Source: Candidatus Subterrananammoxibius californiae (lineage in GTDB: Bacteria; Planctomycetota; Brocadiia; Brocadiales; Subterrananammoxibiaceae). From it: a DNA stretch of 29,453 nucleotides. Both the position numbers and the translations under genes were made by a program. The DNA lies in contig JAURAC010000009.1 of NCBI GenBank assembly GCA_030586555.1, positions 56,091 through 85,543 on the forward strand. The letters run 5' to 3'. Each line of letters begins with the position of its first letter. Position 1 is the stretch's first letter. Shown here one piece after another: positions 1 to 7,480 of the stretch. The notes under the pieces were generated by a model that saw only the letters and a list, made by a program, of their open reading frames with translations, was not told the DNA's origin and made no database searches.

Positions 1-1478
1 ACATTACCCTTGACCGCCTTACACGCACACTTTCTGGTGGGGAGGCGCAGAGGGTGAACCTGACGACATCCCTCGGCTCATCGCTTGTCAACGTGCTCTA
101 TATACTCGATGAGCCAAGTATAGGCTTGCATCCACGAGATACAAAACGGCTCATTCAGACGCTTGAAAGGCTCAGGGATATTGGCAACACCGTTCTTGTG
201 GTGGAACATGACAGGGAAATGATGAAGTCGGCAGATGAAATTATTGATATGGGTCCGGGCGCAGGCGAAAATGGTGGCACGATTGTCTATCAGGGCACGC
301 TTCGAGATATGCCTGCCGAAGACAGTTCTCTTACGGGAATGTATCTAAAAGGCAGAAGAACTATTGAGCTGCCACCGGTAAGAAGAAAGCCTACAAATAA
401 GGCCATTACCCTGAAGGGCGCATCGCAAAATAATCTGAAGCATATTGAGGTTGCCTTCCCTTTAAATATGTTTGTTTGTGTAACAGGGGTTTCTGGTTCG
501 GGGAAAAGTACCCTCGTCCAGGATACATTATACGCTGCACTTAAAAGACGAAAGTTCGCCCAATCCACCTCAGGCGGAGGCGAGTCCGCCTATCGTTTTG
601 GTGGAGGTGGATTTTCGGGAGTTATGGGTAAACATGAGGGGATAATAGGCGCTAATTATATTAGCGATGTAATTATGGTTGACCAGTCGCCCATCGGTCG
701 CACGCCACGTTCAAATCCTATCACCTATATCAAGGTTTATGACGAGATAAGAAAGCTTTTTGCGTCAACAAGGGATGCGAGGATAAGGAATTTTGGTCCC
801 GGTTACTTTTCGTTCAATGTACCCGGTGGGCGGTGTAACCACTGTGACGGCGACGGCTACAGGAAGGTGGACATGCAGTTCCTTGCAGACGTGTATGTAA
901 TATGCGAGGAATGTCATGGGAAACGATTTCAGAAGGAGACCCTCGAAATAAGGTACAAGCACAAAAATATCCATGAGGTGCTTGAAATGAGCATTGATGA
1001 AGCAATTAACTTCTTTGCGGATGCTCCACGCATTATAAATGGGCTGAAATATCTGCAAGCCACAGGGCTTGGTTATCTACGTCTCGGTCAGCCTGCAACA
1101 ACGCTTTCGGGTGGCGAGGCACAGCGTCTGAAACTTGCAGCTTATATGGCAACTGGAGGCATGGAAGAGATACTTTTCATTTTTGATGAACCCACCACGG
1201 GGTTACACTTCGATGATATAAACAAATTGCTTGCTTGCTTCCAGCAATTGATTGCTGAAGGACATTCGGTTGTCGTAATAGAGCATAACCTTGACGTCAT
1301 AAAGTGCGCCGATTACATAATAGACCTCGGTCCCGAAGGCGGCGAAAAGGGTGGATATGTAATTGGCAGTGGCACGCCTGAGAAAATTACCCGACTAAAA
1401 AATTCCTATACAGGCAAATTCCTCCGCCCTTACCTTTCCCCGCACCAATCCTCTCCCCTGAGGGGAGAGTACACCTGA
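1..1478 (+). CDS. uvrA: Excinuclease ABC subunit A (5'-partial; frame open from nt 3, ITLDRLTRTLSGGEAQRV...)
   Basis: Two ABC signatures LSGGEAQR, Walker B ILDEPSIGLH and IFDEPTTGLH, Walker A GVSGSGKS, DQSPIGRTPRSNP, Zn finger CNHC...CEECH. Confidence 0.97.
   Translation, partial: ITLDRLTRTLSGGEAQRVNLTTSLGSSLVNVLYILDEPSIGLHPRDTKRLIQTLERLRDIGNTVLVVEHDREMMKSADEIIDMGPGAGENGGTIVYQGTLRDMPAEDSSLTGMYLKGRRTIELPPVRRKPTNKAITLKGASQNNLKHIEVAFPLNMFVCVTGVSGSGKSTLVQDTLYAALKRRKFAQSTSGGGESAYRFGGGGFSGVMGKHEGIIGANYISDVIMVDQSPIGRTPRSNPITYIKVYDEIRKLFASTRDARIRNFGPGYFSFNVPGGRCNHCDGDGYRKVDMQFLADVYVICEECHGKRFQKETLEIRYKHKNIHEVLEMSIDEAINFFADAPRIINGLKYLQATGLGYLRLGQPATTLSGGEAQRLKLAAYMATGGMEEILFIFDEPTTGLHFDDINKLLACFQQLIAEGHSVVVIEHNLDVIKCADYIIDLGPEGGEKGGYVIGSGTPEKITRLKNSYTGKFLRPYLSPHQSSPLRGEYT
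555..605. repeat. 51-nt nested palindromic insert inside uvrA (encodes FAQSTSGGGESAYRFGG)
   Basis: TTCGCCCAA[TCCACCTCAGGCGGA]GGCGAG-TCCGCCTATCGTTTTGGTGGA; 579-605 matches the reverse complement of 2841-2867 at 26/27 nt. Confidence 0.85.
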
Positions 1479-1513
1479 GGCGGATCTGGCGAGGTTAGGG
1501 TGAGGGGTAAGGG
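1427..1513. repeat. Long imperfect hairpin (CCTCTCCCC/GGGGAGAG type) over the uvrA 3' end with a nested TCCGCCTGAGGCGGA-family copy
   Basis: CCCTTACC(1427)...CTCTCCCCTGAGGGGAGAG [TACACCTGAGGCGGA 1470-1484]...GGTAAGGG(1513); the uvrA TGA lies inside the nested copy. Confidence 0.8.
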
Positions 1514-1530
1514 TTTGAATTTTTCACCTT

Positions 1531-1554
1531 CCCTGAAACAAATTCAGGACAGGG
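1531..1554. repeat. CCTGAA-N5-TTCAGG palindrome family
   Basis: CCCTGAAACAAATTCAGGACAGGG; related copies at 14387-14409, 16733-16754, 18654-18676. Confidence 0.8.
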
Positions 1555-1609
1555 TTAAGCGATTTTTTAAACACACAGTTCATTGTTAGACAAACTAATT
1601 GAGATGCAC

Positions 1610-1638
1610 CACGGACAAACAAGTTTGTCCATGCCACC
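1610..1638. repeat. GGACAAAC/GTTTGTCC palindrome family, empty copy
   Basis: CACGGACAAACAAGTTTGTCCATGCCACC; related copies at 1752-1799, 8082-8112, 8131-8167. Confidence 0.85.
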
Positions 1639-1712
1639 ATGTAAATCCGTAATCTTTTGTAAAACCATGCTTTAGAATGCTTTAAAGATTCATGTCTATT
1701 ATTTGGATTTTT

Positions 1713-1727
1713 TGGCATAGGATTAGC
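1713..1727 (+). promoter_or_regulatory. Possible sigma54 -24/-12 promoter
   Basis: TGGCATAGGATTAGC has GG-N10-GC spacing, ~125 nt upstream of the ORF at 1850. Confidence 0.3.
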
Positions 1728-1751
1728 GGAAATTACATATCAACGGTTAAG

Positions 1752-1799
1752 CACGGACAAACCCTCCTAAGGCGGGCAGGCAAGTTTGTCCATGCCACC
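1752..1799. repeat. GGACAAAC family copy with a 19-nt insertion in its loop region
   Basis: CACGGACAAA[CCCTCCTAAGGCGGGCAGG]CAAGTTTGTCCATGCCACC; otherwise identical to 1610-1638. Confidence 0.85.
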
Positions 1800-1849
1800 C
1801 AGTTCGATTGAACGCAGGGAAAAATTTGACCACACTTGGAGGAAAAATA

Positions 1850-2176
1850 ATGGTAAATGACATCCGTCCCGAGGCGTCCGCCTTGTTAAGGCAGATTGCA
1901 AATATATCGCAAAAACAGGAGTCAGGAGTCAGAAATCTGGACTCAAGACTCAAGACTCAGCAATTAACCCGCATCAAAACACCACCACCCTCCCCTCCCC
2001 TCCGCCCAAAAGATGACGGGTTTACAACCTTGAGGGGGAGGGATGGTGTGGGTAGCGTTTCAGTCGTAGAGCATGTCTTTAACCAGATATATTCAAAATC
2101 GGGATTTCTTCAGGAGCCTGAAGTCGTACCAGCTAAAGGAGCACAGTTAGGCACGCGATTTGACGTTTACGCATAG
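1850..2176 (+). CDS. Small hypothetical protein, 108 aa; central part repeat-derived
   Basis: GGAGG RBS before ATG 1850; C-terminal LGTRFDVYA resembles the G-x-x-(I/F)-D tails of YjfB-like small proteins. Confidence 0.55.
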   Translation: MVNDIRPEASALLRQIANISQKQESGVRNLDSRLKTQQLTRIKTPPPSPPLRPKDDGFTTLRGRDGVGSVSVVEHVFNQIYSKSGFLQEPEVVPAKGAQLGTRFDVYA

Positions 2177-2223
2177 CTTAGTTTTTTTGGATTGAATCTT
2201 GAAGACCGAACTGTCAGGTGTTA

Positions 2224-2251
2224 GTAAGGGCGTATTGCCATACGCCCCTAC
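2224..2251. repeat. GTAG-type REP between convergent genes
   Basis: GTAAGGGCGTATTGCCATACGCCCCTAC, 28-nt palindrome. Confidence 0.85.
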
Positions 2252-2259
2252 AAAGGACT

Positions 2260-2901
2260 TTATTGTGCGAGATGGGCTAACAGCTCATAATAGGGGAAAT
2301 TCTTGCCGGGGCAGGCTGTGTGTTTGACATGCCTGTGCATAATGATGTTTTCGAAGGGTATGTTACAGCGTTGCTGGAGGTAGTGTACCAACTCGATTAA
2401 AGAGCGTAACTGTACCTCTGTAGGATTATCGTCCTCAAAATTCCCTACAAGACATATACCTATACCATATTGATTATATTCATCGTTGCCGGCATGTGCG
2501 CCGTTAATTTGATGAAGCCACCTACAGCCTATTTCTATTTGACCATCGCCGGAGTTGCTGCCGTTTCCGATAACAAAGTGGTATCCAAGGCCATTTTCCC
2601 AGCCTCGCACTTCCCTGTGATATTTATCCATTGAGGCTGCATTATCTGCATTTGAGGCGCTGTGGTGAATTACGATATATTTCCAGTATCTGGTATCAAG
2701 CCTCTCTAATTCAGCGGCAATCTTGGGAATCTGAGGCTTAAATGGTTTTGGGGGTGGGATGAATGCCTCCCTTTCGGGTATCCGCATTTCAGGCTTATAA
2801 CAACCGCACATTAACACAAGAAAAAGTGTAAAAATACATGTCCACCAAACCGATAGGCGGACTCGCCAATCTTTTTGGCGAGCCTTGTTATACCATGACA
2901 T
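2260..2901 (-). CDS. N-acetylmuramoyl-L-alanine amidase (Amidase_2/PGRP-like), probable lipoprotein
   Basis: YIVIHHSA, GYHFVIGNG, GAHAG, GIGICLVGNF, HRHVKHTACPG; lipobox-like LMCGC; ATG 2901 preferred over GTG 2958. Confidence 0.9.
   Translation of the reverse strand: MSWYNKARQKDWRVRLSVWWTCIFTLFLVLMCGCYKPEMRIPEREAFIPPPKPFKPQIPKIAAELERLDTRYWKYIVIHHSASNADNAASMDKYHREVRGWENGLGYHFVIGNGSNSGDGQIEIGCRWLHQINGAHAGNDEYNQYGIGICLVGNFEDDNPTEVQLRSLIELVHYLQQRCNIPFENIIMHRHVKHTACPGKNFPYYELLAHLAQ
2841..2882. repeat. 42-nt double hairpin inserted in the amidase signal peptide
   Basis: Minus strand CTCGCCAAAAAGATTGGCGAG-TCCGCCTATCGGTTTGGTGGA; same family as uvrA 555-605. Confidence 0.85.
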
Positions 2902-2972
2902 AGAAATTTTTCCCTTTTTTACAGCAAGGCAGAGTAACGAGTGGTAAGGCGATAACACTCAAAAGTGTTGTT

Positions 2973-3896
2973 CTACGCAATGGTTGTTGCAACAGGATTG
3001 ACTATTGCCAAGCCATGATAATATGTTACTAACCCTTCTGCAATCTCTGTGAATATCTTGTTAAATGTGCTTCTTTCCCGCTGTCTCTGCAATTTTACTT
3101 CTGGCCCAGTTTTCCCTGTAATAGGGATGCGTTCAAGCGTCCCGAAGTCCATTCTTAACATATTTATCATCCCACCCTGCCCATCCATTCGGTTTACGAT
3201 TTCTGCCGATGGCAATGATGCAATATAAGCGAGTGGGTAGGTGTAATCCATGTATCCTTCTTTTTGGATATACTCTTCATACTGGATTTGCAGTGAATTA
3301 AAATATTCTTCAACAACTTTGAGGAGTTCTCTGTTAACAGCCTCTTCGCTAACCTTAACAACCTTGTCTTTGTTAGACCTTAGTCTTCCTAATATAATTG
3401 TTCTGGCTATGGATTTTTGGGACTGGTACGTCTTCACCTCTATTTGTATGTAATCATGGCTTACAAATTGCCAGAAAAAGATGTTTAGTATCCTTTCCCC
3501 ATATTGTGCAAATCCAGTAAATTTGATATTTACCTTTGAAATAATTAAATCCGGGATTAATACTTCGAGAGGGAGAATAACCTTTGACGTGGTTAGCGCA
3601 CCGGGAACTATGTTGCCGCTCCTGTGTATATGGTTTTTGTCATGTGTTATTTCGACAAATCTCTGTCCGAAAGATTTTGGAATGGAGTACTCGTGTTTAA
3701 TAGAAAACTTGTCCCGAGCGTGCAGTCTATTGTCAAATCCATTTTTCTCAAGCCACAGGCTGGGGGTGGGGGTAAGAGCCTTTACGTCCCTGAAATAAAA
3801 CATATCAGCACGGAAGGCATCAAGCTTCCTTAGCGGTATGCTGAACACACTATTCTGCTTTCTTTCCAATCCTGAGCCCTTATAGATTATGGACAT
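2973..3896 (-). CDS. Hypothetical protein with MaoC-like hotdog-fold region
   Basis: FVEITHDKNHIH...IVPGAL...IKFTGFAQYGE resembles the hydratase-2 D-x-N-x-I-H motif; 307-aa ORF. Confidence 0.5.
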   Translation of the reverse strand: MSIIYKGSGLERKQNSVFSIPLRKLDAFRADMFYFRDVKALTPTPSLWLEKNGFDNRLHARDKFSIKHEYSIPKSFGQRFVEITHDKNHIHRSGNIVPGALTTSKVILPLEVLIPDLIISKVNIKFTGFAQYGERILNIFFWQFVSHDYIQIEVKTYQSQKSIARTIILGRLRSNKDKVVKVSEEAVNRELLKVVEEYFNSLQIQYEEYIQKEGYMDYTYPLAYIASLPSAEIVNRMDGQGGMINMLRMDFGTLERIPITGKTGPEVKLQRQRERSTFNKIFTEIAEGLVTYYHGLAIVNPVATTIA

Positions 3897-4035
3897 CGAG
3901 TGTCTATGAAAAGCGTATCTAAACCTTGTTCCAGGGATAAATAATCGCCATTTAGTCGTATAAGTTTATCACAATTTATCTTCAAGTCAAGAAAAATATT
4001 ACGTTATGTCAAGCCAATTTAGAAATGTCCTGTTT

Positions 4036-5019
4036 TTACCTTTCAATCTTGCGAACCTCCATGGTAAGCGTATGCAGGTCAATTTGAACTGCCTTCCCAT
4101 AAAGGTCTATTTCCTCCTGCGGTTTCAGCTTGAACACAACGTCTGCCTGTGACCTTGACATAACAACGCTAAGACTGCGCAACTGGCTGCTTACCCCTGT
4201 GACAATACATGTTACATACTCTGTTCTTGGATACTTGGGAAATTCAACAAACTCAGACCCAAGGCGTGAGAACCTGCATTTGATTTTTACGTATTTATTT
4301 GCATAATCAGCCCCATATGAGCCGGAGGCAAATTTCCCGAAGTCAACCTCTTTATAGTCATCCCAGGATGCCGGTGGTGGTGTTTCAACATTTTGAGACA
4401 ATAATTCCTCCCCAACAGATGGAGATGATTTTTTCAAAGGAGCGTACCAGATACCACTCCATGGTTGCCTTTTTGGTGAAGGCGATGCATCAACCCTGTC
4501 TGTAAGCTCAGGGGAGTTAGAAGCATCCGTCTCAGGAGGCTCAAGGGACTTGCCTTTTTCGCTTTCCACGTGTTCGCCAGAGGCGGACGCCGCCTCCTCT
4601 ATTTTCGGCAAAGTTGCGGAAGACTTTTGGGGGGCACCATTGTTTTCTGTGTTGATGTTTGACTTTGGGGGTGTGATGCCAGCAGGCACATGCCATATTC
4701 CTCCCCATGAGCGTCGTAATGTTTCAGGTGCAGGTTCTGCCAGCTTAAGTTCTTTTTCACCACTGGAAAATTGTGTTTCAACCTCTCTGCCAGATGAGGT
4801 TTTTTCCTCGGACCGTGAATGTTCCATCCGCCCATCTAATATCCTCTGGTGCTCAATACCAGAGGATGTTTTAGTTTCCTCCGGTTCGTGTTGTTTTGAT
4901 AACTGTTGTGACGGAGGTTGGACTTCGCTCGTTTGAAGGTTTTGCCCAATATGCTCCGTAGAGGTTGCAGTGCAGCCAATTAATAATATCGGTAGAATAA
5001 GAAATAACACAAACTTCAT
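4036..5019 (-). CDS. Lipoprotein with long disordered Ser/Glu/Pro-rich linker and C-terminal OB-fold-like domain
   Basis: GAGGGAGG RBS, MKFVLFLILPILLIG|C lipobox; two WxGIWxxP motifs; beta-rich C-terminus. Confidence 0.75.
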   Translation of the reverse strand: MKFVLFLILPILLIGCTATSTEHIGQNLQTSEVQPPSQQLSKQHEPEETKTSSGIEHQRILDGRMEHSRSEEKTSSGREVETQFSSGEKELKLAEPAPETLRRSWGGIWHVPAGITPPKSNINTENNGAPQKSSATLPKIEEAASASGEHVESEKGKSLEPPETDASNSPELTDRVDASPSPKRQPWSGIWYAPLKKSSPSVGEELLSQNVETPPPASWDDYKEVDFGKFASGSYGADYANKYVKIKCRFSRLGSEFVEFPKYPRTEYVTCIVTGVSSQLRSLSVVMSRSQADVVFKLKPQEEIDLYGKAVQIDLHTLTMEVRKIER

Positions 5020-5083
5020 TGAATACTCTTCCTCCCTCAACAAAAATCTTTAACTAAATACATTACAAATGAATAACAGCCTT

Positions 5084-6619
5084 TTAATGTCTATTATGTT
5101 GCTCATTCCCCTTCTCAGGAATAACGAATCTGAATGGCCAGGGGATTGTTACCCGTTTTTCGAGGGTGTGCAACCTTCTCAAGGTATCTGCTTCGCTCTG
5201 CATGCCGATATACTTCTTGAGCAGGTTAGACCACGAAACGTATGTAAAGGCATTGGGGTCGGAGTGGGCTATTCCTTTTCGTACCAGAAAAGCGTCGTTT
5301 TCCCACATGTAGAGGAAGTCCCTTTCAATCCTGCTTGGGTTGCCATTTTTTGCCCAGAATTCACCATAAAATCCGCCCAGTGTGTCGGGCCATTTTTCCA
5401 CCACAGGGGCTGGGGCGAGTGGGCGTTTCTCTGGCATTGGATAAAGTGATTTCTCCTCGTACAGCGCCCTTAAGAGGTCATAGGATTCCTTTACATAAGC
5501 AAAAACAGAGTCAGATGCAAGGTCCATTGATGTTAGATATTCCCTTGAGAACCTTTCGGCATGGCATAACCTGCACGTCTCTATCCACGCCTCTCTCCTT
5601 GAAAGCAGTTCGGGCTTGCTATTTATGTATTCACTTGGCTTAATGGGAGGGTCTCTAAAGATATTATTATAAAATAGGACGTCTCCCTCAGCCATAATTG
5701 CCTTTTGTGCCATGTTATGAGAAAATTCACCCTTAAACTGCATGTGGCAGAATGCGCATGTCGGAGCGGGTGGCGTAGAATCCTTGAGTTGCTTATCCCA
5801 GTCCCATTGATGTCCTTCTATCTTATATATTGTGCCGTGCTTTGAGTTTGAGTAATATTCAATATCCGGGTGGTCAGGGCCATTGTGGCAGGTGGCGCAT
5901 GCCTCTGGTCTGCGCGCCTCTGACGCCTTAAATGCGTGTCTGGTGTGACAGCTATCGCACTTGTGCTGTATATTATGACACATATCACAACCCTGAACCA
6001 CATTTTTATCTACCGCTGCCCACACATCAGTAGAAAGCCCTGCATCGTAAGATTTTGCATGGCTTTCCCTGCCCTCCGGCCAATCTGGTACAGCAGTGGT
6101 CTTTTCTGATTCTAACTCATCAAATTCCTTTTTATGGCATTCCCCGCAGAGTTCTGCTGCGGGCATTACCAGTTCCTTTGCATGGTCAATCTTTTCTGCG
6201 CCAACCTTACCATGACAATCAATGCAGCTAACCTCATTTATTTCTGCACCAACAGATTTCTTTATTTCATCGAGCTTTTCATTTTGATAAGGGAGAAGTT
6301 TGCTAAAGTTTGCATGCCTGCTTTCCTGCCATGTATTGACAAGGAGGGGGGTGATTTTCTTGTGACATGTAACGCAATCCTCTCTACTGTAAACGCCCAT
6401 GGGTTCGGTGGGAGGGGTGTAAAAATAATTAGGGACCCAATACTTGTGTGTCGGTATGGGCTTCCAGTGTTCTGCATACGGTCCCACGCCCTTATCCATC
6501 TTATCAGCACCATCAATGGGTGAGTGGAAAGCAAGCCCCACGAAAAAACAGAGAAAAAGAACAAAAAAATGCACCCACATGCGGGGGGCAACAAGCCTGA
6601 AAAACCTCTTAGATAACAT
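5084..6619 (-). CDS. hao: Octaheme cytochrome c, hydroxylamine oxidoreductase (HAO) family
   Basis: Eight CxxCH motifs (CVTCH, CIDCH, CGECH, CDMCH, CDSCH, CATCH, CAFCH, CRLCH), CHTRHxF...RRPEACATCHNGPDH, SKHG; signal peptide; GGAGGTG RBS before ATG 6619. Confidence 0.93.
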   Translation of the reverse strand: MLSKRFFRLVAPRMWVHFFVLFLCFFVGLAFHSPIDGADKMDKGVGPYAEHWKPIPTHKYWVPNYFYTPPTEPMGVYSREDCVTCHKKITPLLVNTWQESRHANFSKLLPYQNEKLDEIKKSVGAEINEVSCIDCHGKVGAEKIDHAKELVMPAAELCGECHKKEFDELESEKTTAVPDWPEGRESHAKSYDAGLSTDVWAAVDKNVVQGCDMCHNIQHKCDSCHTRHAFKASEARRPEACATCHNGPDHPDIEYYSNSKHGTIYKIEGHQWDWDKQLKDSTPPAPTCAFCHMQFKGEFSHNMAQKAIMAEGDVLFYNNIFRDPPIKPSEYINSKPELLSRREAWIETCRLCHAERFSREYLTSMDLASDSVFAYVKESYDLLRALYEEKSLYPMPEKRPLAPAPVVEKWPDTLGGFYGEFWAKNGNPSRIERDFLYMWENDAFLVRKGIAHSDPNAFTYVSWSNLLKKYIGMQSEADTLRRLHTLEKRVTIPWPFRFVIPEKGNEQHNRH

Positions 6620-6691
6620 CTTTTTTAACACCTCCGTTTCTGAAATAATTATCTATCAATAAATATAATAGCAAACCCTACCTTTTTTCTT

Positions 6692-7324
6692 TTAGTCTGC
6701 CTTAAGCGGACTGGCAGAACCAAACCTTTCGATTAATTCCTTTAACCATTTTATGTGCCCCTCTTCATCCTTAATAGTTTCTTTAAGAAATCCACCAAGA
6801 GCATCATCAAGTCCTTCGGCAATGCCATCCTTGCAAAGGTCAATGGCTGCCTGTTCTGCCTTGAGGTGCCAGCGAAGAAATTCTATGGGTTCTGTCGAAG
6901 TACAGTCCATATATTTGGTTAATTTCCACTTTGGTTCCACACCAAAGCTTACTATTTTATCGCGGATGAGTTCAAAATGTCTCATCTCCATATAGCCAAG
7001 GTCCAGCAACTCTTTCTTGAGCTGTTTGTCTTCGACACTCAATGCGTGATACGAGTAACTAAAGATTGCGTCATATTCCGTTTCTAAAAGTTCGTTCAGA
7101 AAGTCAACCACACGGGACGTTGGTATTCCTTTTGCTAATTTTGCATCTAATTTTGTTATCATTTGTTGCAGGTTGTTCTGAACTTCAGCAAGTAAATCCA
7201 GACTCTTCTGCCCAGGCACTTCTATTTCTTTAGTAATCGAAGGGTCTGCGAGACTTGTATTTATGTCAGCTGCTGTCTTTGCCAAGTCTTCCTTTAACTT
7301 TTTTAGGGTGTCGTTTATGCTCAT
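6692..7324 (-). CDS. Bacterioferritin-like protein with N-terminal coiled-coil extension
   Basis: Ferroxidase pattern ETEYDA / EMRH / KAEQAA / DEEGH; AAGGGG RBS before ATG 7324. Confidence 0.8.
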   Translation of the reverse strand: MSINDTLKKLKEDLAKTAADINTSLADPSITKEIEVPGQKSLDLLAEVQNNLQQMITKLDAKLAKGIPTSRVVDFLNELLETEYDAIFSYSYHALSVEDKQLKKELLDLGYMEMRHFELIRDKIVSFGVEPKWKLTKYMDCTSTEPIEFLRWHLKAEQAAIDLCKDGIAEGLDDALGGFLKETIKDEEGHIKWLKELIERFGSASPLKAD

Positions 7325-7442
7325 AACTATCAACCCCTTTCTAAGGCGTTGAGCTAATGAAGATTTATCTCCATAAACAAATTTAGCCTCATATAAAGAG
7401 TATTTTATCACAAAGTTACAAACAATCAATGCCTTTTTTCTC

Positions 7443-7471
7443 TTGACCAATCATTTCTGTCAAGGTAATAT
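7443..7471 (+). promoter_or_regulatory. sigma70-like promoter for thpR-recA-alaS with overlapping inverted repeat
   Basis: TTGACC-N17-TAATAT; CTTGAC-N11-GTCAAG palindrome at 7442-7464. Confidence 0.55.
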
Positions 7472-7480
7472 TAGGATAAC

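Noticed and set aside
1524..1953. ORFs 1524..1718(-) and 1747..1953(-)
   Set aside because: Translate repeat sequence (AWTNLFVRG, GWHGQTCL) or lie antisense to the 1850 ORF.
5084..6619. Naming the octaheme as hydrazine dehydrogenase or a specific anammox paralogue
   Set aside because: Cannot be resolved without phylogeny; only family-level motifs are visible.
6692..6730. Encapsulin targeting peptide at the ferritin C-terminus
   Set aside because: FGSASPLKAD does not match the L-x-V-G-S-L type motif and is partly explained by a 15-mer repeat; no encapsulin gene nearby.
7325..7450. Longer starts given in the ORF track (7450, also 2958, 5043, 6631, 1808, 12868, 17404)
   Set aside because: In most cases a downstream ATG has a clear RBS and the extension runs through promoter or RBS sequence; for 2958 the shorter start gives a more typical signal peptide.
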